From Marsupella aquatica (taxonomy: Eukaryota; Plantae; Marchantiophyta), in NCBI GenBank assembly GCA_973895155.1, contig OZ316891.1:6667708-6731707 (forward strand): 64,000 nucleotides of DNA. Direction: 5' to 3'. The translations under genes and the position numbers were made by a program. The notes below the pieces were generated by a model, which was given only the letters and a program-made list of their open reading frames with translations, was not told where the DNA came from and searched no databases. Below are positions 11,950 through 20,528 of the stretch, piece after piece. Numbering within the stretch: position 1 is the stretch's first letter; the number at the start of each line of letters is the position of its first letter.

Positions 11950-12720
11950 GGTGGACCGAGAGGAGGCGGCCCGACAGGAGGAGGCCAGAGAGGAGGCCGC
12001 CCGGTAGTACGCGGCCCGGCAGCAGGAGGCCAGAGAGGATGCGGCCCGACAGGATGCGGCCCGGTAGGAGGGGGCCCGGCAGGTGGCGGCCCGACATGAC
12101 TCCGCCAGGCTGGAGGAGGCCCGGCAGGAGGCGGCCCGGAAAGAGGAGCTTCAAAAGAAGGAGGCGGCCGGGCAAGAGGAGCTTCAAAAGAATGAGGTTA
12201 AGAAGAAAAAGGCAGCAGCTAGAAAAGCAACTACCGCGAAGAAGAAGGAGAAAGCCGAGGTTGAGAATGCCCAGGCTGAGAAAGCCCAGGCTGAGAATGC
12301 CCAGGCTGAGAAAGCCCAGGTGGAGAAAGCGGATGCCGAGAAAGCCCAGGCTGAGAAAGCCAAGGCGGAGAAAGCAGAGGCTGAGAAAGCCCAGGCTGAG
12401 AAAGTGGAGGCTGAGAAAGCGGAGGCTGAGAAAGCCCAGGCTGAGAAAGCCCAGGCTGAGAAGCAGGCTGAGAAAGCCCAGGCGGAGAAAGCGGAGGCCG
12501 AGAACGCGGAGGATGCGAGAGTCCTTTTAGTGACAGAGGAAAATAGGGCCTCGGCGGAGAGTGTGGCGGCTGAGAGGCTACTGGCCGAGAGGAGCGGACG
12601 AGACCGCAAGACCGGAGAGGGTGGAGGTGGAGAAGTTGGAGGCGGAAAAGGTCGATTCCGCAAGACTGGAGAGAGAAGAAGCCGCAAGACTGGAGGCAGC
12701 GAGGAAGGAGGCCGAGAGGG
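11950..12720 (+). repeat. Coding minisatellites: 18-bp (EEAARQ-like) and 15-bp (AEKAQ) units forming a long coiled-coil linker
   Basis: gaggaggcggcccggcag and gctgagaaagcccag arrays. Confidence 0.85.
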
Positions 12721-13537
12721 CCAAGGATCTTTCGCTTATTCCTGAGGCACAACATCTACCAAAAATAAGGCTGAATTTGAAGAAGCCTTCTTCACCCTCA
12801 GTTGTAGTTAAGAAGAAAATATTAGACTATTTTCTTCGCCCGGAGTTTGAATTTAACGATCCACCCTTAAGTACGGTCTCGTTGGATGATTGGAATAAAT
12901 ATTCACCGGAGCAGCTCCGAGTCCAGGCAGTCCTTGCTTTGCAATATTGGAAGGGTCTTTTGATTACCGAGGAGAAGACTGCCACTGCATCCAGAATGGA
13001 GACAATCATCAATAATGTGCGTTTTTCCGAGAATCGAGTGCAAGACCTGGGAACGTTTTTGGCACCAGACTCGGCTCAAGTCGTTAAGAGACTAACAGTT
13101 GACTTGACGCGACCGGGTTCGTGGTCTCGACCCCGATATATTGCAGAGGTGACTCGTGCAGAAATTATGGCACCGGATATTTTGGAATCGGATTCCCAGA
13201 TTGTGGAATATTTGAATCAAATGCCACAACCATTTGAAGGTCTTCCCGCCTCATCGCTCCAACCTTCACAAACTGGTCCGGTGGAGCGATCACTGCGGTC
13301 TCAAGGAGGGCTGAAGGATGTTGTTGCGATTGAGGGACCCAAGAGATCAGTTGCGAAAAGGCCGGATCCACCCAATCCAAAGGTCATTCGCAAGCTATAT
13401 TAAGCTTAAAGTTTCTATTATAGACGTCATTATTTTATTATTGATCTGTTATTGTTTCTGTTTTCTAAGGCTACAACCCTTAGGCTACAACCTCAGTACG
13501 TTATTTGAAGGCGTACTGAAATCTCTGTTTTTTGCAG

Positions 13538-14326
13538 TTTTTTGAAAATTTGGCTAGTCGAATAGATCAATGCCTTGATCCTTCTAAGGATATGGAAGAG
13601 CTATTGACCAAGTTCTTACAACACTCGATCAAGAGGAAACATATGATATGTTTGAGACCGCGCGAGTTGCTCACCGATGATATAATTAACGTTTATTTGA
13701 GTTTTCTCGAACTGATTCTCGATAGAGTTGGAAAGTCAGACCTTGTCAAATTCTTCCAAACACACCATTTTGAGCTTCTCTCCATGGATCCTACCATTTT
13801 CAACGAGGAGAGGGCAGCTTGGACAAAGGAGTTTCCGCTAAAAATCAGTGAATACGACAAACTGGTCTTTCCAGTACACAATGCTATGAAAGAACATTGG
13901 TCATTGGTAGTCTTGTATCCGAAGGAGAAACGGCTGGAGTACCTAGATTCTCTAGTTCATAATCGACAGAATCCTGGGGTGCTAGATATTGTTGGGAAGT
14001 ATTACGCCGACGAAATTGGCTGGAGAACTGGTGTCAACTTGGATCTCTCAGGTTGGGAACGGATATATCGGAATGATATTCCTCACCAGAGTGACGGCCA
14101 CAGTTGTGGTGTATTTATCTTGAGATACGCCAAGTGCTTGTGTCAAGGAAACGGAATTAATTTTGCCGTGGATCAAATTGAGAAATTCCGTAGGGAGATA
14201 GTCTTGTCGTTATTTGACATGGACTTCCGCAAGCTGACATTCGCAAGTAACCTAGTTACCGGGATCCGTGCTGCTATGATTGACATTTTTGGCGGAATTC
14301 CAGCACTGAACGACCATCTTGTACAG
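13538..14326 (+). CDS. Ulp1-like C48 (SUMO/Ubl-specific) protease exon
   Basis: LTDDIINVYL, EHWSLVV (His), YLDSL (Asp) and PHQSDGHSCGVF (oxyanion Gln, Cys) are present. The triad is intact and the frame is open. Confidence 0.85.
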
Positions 14327-14412
14327 GTAATACACTTCATTTTAGTGTCTCTCTTTGTAGTCACATGACCGTTCGCGTTATAAACTTATTTTCATTTCTT
14401 AATGTTTTACAG

Positions 14413-15319
14413 AAGCCTATCCCGAAACCCCCTGATCGAGTATCGAAGGCACCAGTCCGGAAGTCCGGTGATCGTCCGGAGGCGGGAAACAAACAGACCG
14501 TTCTAGTACATTCTCCAAACCCTGCGGCACAAAAATCACAGGTACAGATGGCGCCTAATCCATTGGCAAAGAAGTCACCGGTTCAGAAGAGACTTGTAAT
14601 TTTTGATCTGAATCGGGTACTTATCTGGTCAGAGAAGATCAGCCCTGGGATGCCCATTCGGTCAAGGGGTGTGAGACAGATGCACAAGGTTATCTATCCA
14701 AGGCCTGATTTAATGGAATTTCTTGAGAAGGTGGCAGATCTATACGACATTGCGATCTGGTCGTGCATGTTCAAACGGAATATTCTATCTTGTGTAAGGC
14801 TGATACTTCGACCCAAAGTTTTGAAACGTATTAAATTTATATGGGGACAAGAATCAACTCGACTTATTGGGAAGAATAATAATGACATCCCTTTATTTGT
14901 CAAATGTCTCTCGGACATTGCCACCGATATTAAAGATTACAACATCGAGAATGTCATTCTTATCGATGATGCTACATATAAGACGAGCCTTAATGACTTC
15001 TATTCATCGTTGTATCCCGATGCATATTCTGGGCTCGATGATGACCTATTTTTTTAGAAAGAAACTATATCCATATCTATGCGACATGTCAATTGACAAG
15101 TTGACATTCCGCGAGCTCCTTAGTGGATATGGGATTCCAACGTTCTCTCAAGAAAATCTTGAGAAAGATTATATTGATAAGACGAATCTTTGGAGGAGAA
15201 ACGTGATCATTCATAATCAGGGGAATAAAGACCATTTAGAAAAGTTTGACGAATTTATGAAATACTTATCTGCCGAGAAAGACCGTGCTATAGAAGCCCG
15301 GGATAAGTCCAATAAGTAA
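14413..15319 (+). pseudogene. FCP1/NIF-like HAD phosphatase cassette 1 (frameshift in T-run near 15050)
   Basis: LVIFDLNRVLI, YPRPDLMEFL, DIAIWS, FIWGQE, FVKCL, NVILIDD..YK. Acceptor ttttacag at 14412. Confidence 0.75.
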
Positions 15320-15444
15320 ACGTTTATTGTTTATTATCAATTATTATTTATAAATTGATTGAAATTGAACTTTTGGGAGTGACGCGCCCGGTCGCGTGGT
15401 TGTTTGCAATTGCATAATATGAGAATCGAATTGTTCATTTACAG

Positions 15445-16152
15445 GTGTCTAAGTGGAGCAGGTCGTGTCAACTTCTAGTTTTAGGACTGGAAAACTTCCT
15501 GTGCTCTGTTTCAAAATATACTCCTCAGCTCAAGTCGACACCCGGAATTCGTATCGGATCTCTATGTGTCGTTCCGAGGCCGCATCTTCATGATCTTATA
15601 AAATTCTGTTATGATCATTTTGATGTGATGGTCTGGTCTATTCTCGACGATAAACTGGTTTATTAGATACTTTCAGAAGTGTTGTCGAGCACCGACCTGT
15701 CGCAGCTGATATATGTGTTCACGCGGGATCATTGCTGGAATCTTGGTTATGTGAAGAAAAATTATAAGACTGTTGTCTTCAAATCTATCGAGAGACTACG
15801 TGATATGTTTCAAGATTATCGACCAGAGAATATAATCCAGATTGATGCCTATCCTTCCCATACATGCCAGACAGCTGTATGCGGATTATTGTTCACTAAG
15901 TCGTTTCAAGGATCGTTGGATGATGTCTTTTTGAGGGATGACCTCATTCCATATTTACGAAAGCTATCAAATTCAGGGCTTTATCTTGCGTTTGCTAACA
16001 AGTTCGATTATCCCATCTGGTCGATTAGAAATCTACATCGAGATTGGGATCTGAACGAGGATATATGGGAGCATCTGTACGTGCAGAGACATGCAGATCA
16101 AGTTCTTATCAAGCACTTCAACAGACGTCACTTATCAATGGCGAGAGTGTAG
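15445..16152 (+). pseudogene. FCP1/NIF-like HAD cassette 2 (catalytic Asp lost; in-frame TAG at 15664)
   Basis: LLVLGLENFL, PRPHLHDLIKFC, DVMVWS, VFKSI, NIIQID. No ATG; acceptor tttacag at 15444. Confidence 0.7.
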
Positions 16153-16238
16153 AGGATGTTTTCTCTGTAATATGTGACGCGACCATTCGCGTGACTACAT
16201 CCATACGGGCTCATGCATCTTCTTGTGTTTCTCTACAG

Positions 16239-16967
16239 GAGATTCATTGCAGCAGAGAAAATGGGCTCATAGTTTTAGACGTGGAGCATCTACTCTGTTA
16301 CACTGCACCGCATTCCCGACTGATGGCGGTCTCAACTGGAATTCGGATTGAGAATATATACGTTTTTCCAAGGCCTCATCTTCACAAATTCTTGAGATTC
16401 TGTTTTGAGAATTTCGATGTAGGGATCTGGTCCTCTCTTGGGAAGAACCTTTTAGATCAGATTTTAGCATCTATTTTTACTACGATGGAAATGGCCTCAT
16501 TTAAGTATATTTGGGATCAGTCTCATTGTTACTTATGCGATGGGGTGACATCAAATAAGCGGATATTTTTGAAGTGTTTTGAGAAGGTTGGAATTTATAC
16601 GAAGGCGTATCTGCAACAAAATATAATGCTTATCGAATCCGATGCATTTCATGCTTGTTTAGATCTTGTTGTTGGATCATTATTTCCGCCCAAATATTTT
16701 GGGTCGGTCGACGACAGTTTCCTGATTAACTTGCTGATTCCGTATCTTAGCAAGCTAGCAAACTCTTGTGAGCCGCTTGTCATTGCCAATGGAAGAGATT
16801 ATCCAGATTGGTCAGTTAAATCTATTTTTAGAGATTATGATTATAATCATACTCTATGGGAAGACCCTGTGATTCAGAGGCATGGAGATAGATATCTAGT
16901 AGAGCAATTTAACAGACGCCCAATTTTGGACGCTTCCAAAATAATAGTCGGCATGAGATCAGATTAA
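16239..16967 (+). CDS. FCP1/NIF-like HAD cassette 3
   Basis: LIVLDVEHLL, FPRPHLHKFLRFC, DVGIWSS, YIWDQSHC, IFLKCF, NIMLIE. No ATG; acceptor ctctacag at 16238. Confidence 0.75.
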   Translation, partial: EIHCSRENGLIVLDVEHLLCYTAPHSRLMAVSTGIRIENIYVFPRPHLHKFLRFCFENFDVGIWSSLGKNLLDQILASIFTTMEMASFKYIWDQSHCYLCDGVTSNKRIFLKCFEKVGIYTKAYLQQNIMLIESDAFHACLDLVVGSLFPPKYFGSVDDSFLINLLIPYLSKLANSCEPLVIANGRDYPDWSVKSIFRDYDYNHTLWEDPVIQRHGDRYLVEQFNRRPILDASKIIVGMRSD

Positions 16968-18636
16968 TTTGTATGTCGTTCTAGAAACTATTTGTAAACT
17001 CCTTATATACTGGTTATCATATATAAAGGATCTCAAAGATTTATTTCTCTATTATTATTATTCGCGTGAGCATGTCTCTTGGTCCCGTCAAGTTGGATTG
17101 GTAAAAATGTGATGTTGCAGTCATTTTCAGGGTTTCACGCGCAGCCACGCGTCATGTCGCCCCTTTTTTATTAAAATAATAATATTTAGTGATTTTCGGA
17201 ATTTCCAAAGTTCAGTTTTCCTTAAATTGGGGTTTTTAGGGAAAAAGTAACGTTGAAAGTATTGTCAAAACAGGAATGCATAGTGTTCAGCTAGTGTGAC
17301 CACAAATCTTTGGTGACAGGCCTGGTTTAGTTATTTGATACAGTCTCATACACATCTGACATCCAAGGGGTCACTTACCCTCTCTATCGAAGTAGTCAAA
17401 GGGTTATCAAAGACCTCTCTAACAGGTGATAATCAGGGAATATCTTGTTTGGAAGTCTTGGTGACTTACGAGGAGCTTGCAATTTGAGCCCGTACAGCCA
17501 TTGAAGCTGGGGTTGAATGTTAACTCACCCGGGATTGACTGTACAGAAAACTCTACTACATTTGTTTAGGTGCCAGTCAAAACAATACTAACTTAATTTC
17601 AATAAAACACACACTCATCCTTGTCAACCAAACACTAACAAATATGGCCTCCACTGTACTCTATGATATACAATGATAGGTGCACATTTAGCTTCATGAT
17701 TCAGTCCGATTTGAGCCGGCAAGAAAGTGCTAGATAATACTGATTGCACCCTCTCTGCATACCTGAGTTCACAGTTGTACCCTGACACTTCTCCTGGTTG
17801 CCCTTTGTTTCTGCTTGTATTTAATGGGGACCAACAAATTGGACATGATTCATGTCCTCCCCTCATCCCAGAGTTAGGGAAACCTACTTTGTACAAAGAG
17901 TTGATATTAAGTGCCTGCCAACCTAAATCAGGGGAAGAGTAATGGGATTAAGCACTCAATATAAATTTTCAGCTTGAAATACATACAGAGCCTTTTCTAA
18001 TGGGTTGGAGGCCCGAACTAGTGTGTAGAGACTCCAACTTGTTGTGCAAACTGGTGTTGTCAATTACCTCCTCCTCTCTTATGCTAACTTGTCCTCTGTA
18101 TTTGTTTTTTGAGTTGCGCAAAGTCCATGTTATTAGGGCAGTGTTCCATTAATCCTCAAAGAGTTTGTCCTTATAATTTCCACAAATCTTGAGCAAGATC
18201 TAAGCCATTATTCTTTCAGGGCAACCATCAAGTTTCTAATCAAGAATGGCTGTGCAGGAGCTAGAGCCTTCCATTACACTTCTCTTGCCTCAACTCCTTC
18301 AGAATTGCAGGAGCCAGAACATACCCTTGTTTCCTTTTCTTAATATCATTCTCTAGTGTAATATGTAACACTGAGAGAAACTAAAGTTTTATTAAATTAA
18401 GTGTGGGTTGTTAATGTTCAAGTCAATACCAGTTTTGCAAACCGGAAGGTCCGTCTGTGTTCTTTTTTGTTCTTTGTGACTCAAGTTAGGTAAAAAATTA
18501 AAAATGAGTATGACTTATTTGATCCCCTTTCTATATTTTTAGGGTTTGCATTTGTCCTCTTCTTTTGAGTTTGATATTTGTCCTCTTTAGCTTTATTTGT
18601 TCAACTCACTTATTCCTTTGCTAAACTTTGGTTTAT

Positions 18637-18700
18637 TGGCTAGGGGATGAGCCTAGATGAGTCTAGAACCAAGAGGCCCAAGGTTCAATCCCCCCTGGAG
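18637..18700 (+). mobile_element. Possible tRNA-derived SINE head (degenerate)
   Basis: A-box-like TGGCTAGGGG and B-box GGTTCAATCCC at tRNA-like spacing. No cloverleaf. Confidence 0.25.
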
Positions 18701-19238
18701 GTTGTATGTGTGTGTGGGTGGGGTGGAATGGGGTGTAATGGTGGGAGTATTGCTTATCGCCTCAACCCTTGACTGTCCCGCTTTGGGGCCCTGGTTTAAC
18801 CCTCTCTCCCTCCTGGTTTGGGTCCCTTGGATCCTTGGGTATTGTCCCCTTGTGGCTACCCTACATAAAATTGTGTGCTCGGGAGTAGGACATCTTCAGG
18901 GTTAACCTGACGGGCAACTTGATGCCTTGCCGTGCACATAAACCGTCAAATGACGGCCCAAAAATGGCCCATTTGATACATATTCCGGCCCCGGTTTAGC
19001 GAGCTGGGTCGGAGCCGGTCGGGAGGGGTTTGGGAGGGGCTGGGAGAGTTTGAATCAGGGTCGGGGTTCGAGAGAGGCAGACTTTGGGAGTTTGGGATTC
19101 GGAAGTTTGGGGTTCGGAAGGAAACTTCCTCCCTCCAAGGATGAGTTTGGGGAGTCGATAAGGGGAGAGCCGAGTTTGGGGAGCTGGGGAAAGCCGAGTT
19201 CGGGAGAGCTGGGGAAAGCAACTTCGGGAGAGAGTTTA

Positions 19239-20484
19239 GGGGTCGGGGGTCGGCGCCGGGTTCGGGGGCCGGGGCCGGGACTGTGGGCAGGGTTCGGGGG
19301 TCGGCTGCCGGAGGACTGTGGGCGCCTGGGCGGGGTTCAATGGTCGGTGGGAGGCGTTTGGGATTGGGGGTTCGGGGGCGGGGTCCAGGGTTGGAGGTCG
19401 GGAGATCGGGGTCGGAGGTCGAGTTTGGGTCGGGAGGTCAGGGTTGACGGTTTGACATTTTTACGGAGTTTTTTGGCCAGTTTGACGGGCTAGGTCAAAT
19501 CGGGGGACATCTATTGTCTCTTGGATGAGTCTGCTCTTTCTATAGTTTTAGGGTTTGCATTTATCCTCCTATTTTGAATTTAATGTTTGTCCTCCTTGGC
19601 TTTCTGTACTGTACTTTGTTTGACCCATTTAGTAAATTTGGTCCTTTTAGTAAATTGGTCTTTTCCAATTTCACTTGGAAAAAAACAAAACACATGATCG
19701 TTAGGCCTCAGCCGACTGTACATGTCCGTCCCACCAGAGTTAAAACCCAGAGTTCGAACCGGTCCAGTTAGCTGCCGCGATAAACCCTAAACCTAAAACC
19801 CCCAGATCTCTCGAAGAGAATTGTTCCGTCTCCTCCTTTTCTTTCTCCGTCGAGGAGTCGGGGGTCGGGGGTCGGCGCCGGGTTCGGGGGCCGGGGCCGG
19901 GGCCGGGACTGCGGGCAGGGTTCGGGGGTCGGCTGCCGGAGGACTGTGGGCGCCTGGGCGGGGTTCAAAGGTCGGTGGGAGGCGTTTGGGATTGGGGGTT
20001 CGGGGGCGGGGTCCAGGGTTGGAGGTCGGGAGATCGGGGTCGGAGGTCGAGTTTGGGTCGGGAGGTCAGGGTTGACGGTTTGACATTTTTACGGAGTTTT
20101 TTGGCCAGTTTGACGGGCTAGGTCAAATCGGGGGACATCTATTGTCTCTTGGATGAGTCTGCTCTTTCTATAATTTTAGGGTTTGCATTTATCCTCCTAT
20201 TTTGAATTTAATGTTTGTCCTCCTTGGCTTTCTGTACTGTACTTTGTTTGACCCATTTAGTAAATTTGGTCCTTTTAGTAAATTGGTCTTTTCCAATTTC
20301 ACTTGGAAAAAACAAAACACATGATCGTTAGGCCTCAGCCGACCGTACATGTCCGTCCCACCAGAGTTAAAACCCAGAGTTCGAACCGGTCCAGTTAGCT
20401 GCCGCGATAAACCCTAAACCTAAAACCCCCAGATCTCTCGAAGAGAATTGTTCCGTCTCCTCCTTTTCTTTCTCCGTCGAGGAG
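19239..20484. repeat. ~620-bp near-perfect tandem duplication (19239-19857, 19861-20484) containing a G-rich block and the BMS1 proximal promoter
   Basis: Both copies run from ggggtcgggggtcggcgccggg to ctttctccgtcgaggag. Confidence 0.95.
20409..20417 (+). promoter_or_regulatory. Telo-box AAACCCTAA upstream of BMS1 (second copy at 19782-19790)
   Basis: Exact motif about 110 bp before the ATG. Telo-boxes are typical of plant ribosome-biogenesis gene promoters. Confidence 0.6.
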
Positions 20485-20528
20485 CACAAGCAATTCAGAA
20501 GGACCTCAGCTCTAGCCATCAATCAGCG

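Larger units (their letters stand above)
8466..14326 (+). pseudogene. Multi-exon multidomain element gene: ParB-like, degenerate N4/N6-MTase-like, acidic/coiled-coil, Ulp1. Exons ~8466-9703, 9803-11108, 11208-11529, 11658-13382, 13538-14326
   Basis: GT-AG introns with matching phases (0,0,1,0) join the ORF-track fragments. In-frame stops at 9638, 10130, 10835, 11496, 12005 and 12065; frameshifts near 8650 and 12600. Confidence 0.65.
1..17221. mobile_element. Large decayed DNA-transposon-like element (CACTA/En-Spm- or Mutator-like); left end outside window, right end approximate
   Basis: Contains a Tnp1/En-Spm-like domain, a Ulp1 protease (typical CACTA/MULE cargo), internal tandem arrays and many C>T-type stops. 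A shared 18-bp palindrome spans 390-17153 only. No DDE transposase, TIR pair or TSD is visible. Confidence 0.6.

Noticed and set aside
11659-12755. Arg/Pro-rich and antisense ORFs over the coiled-coil region
   Set aside because: They are shadow frames of the coding minisatellite.
9638-15666. Stop-codon readthrough, alternative genetic code or U-to-C editing
   Set aside because: Frameshifts co-occur and the host genes use standard stops. Methylation-driven decay is simpler.
1-17221. Endogenous giant virus (F-box, Ulp1 and NIF phosphatase are also NCLDV cargo)
   Set aside because: No viral core genes are visible. Spliceosomal introns and a Tnp1/En-Spm-like domain favour a DNA transposon. Not fully excluded.
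18637-18700. tRNA gene
   Set aside because: A B-box is present but no convincing acceptor or anticodon stems.
18946-20075. Gly-rich and Pro-rich ORFs
   Set aside because: They are by-products of the G-skewed non-coding repeat.
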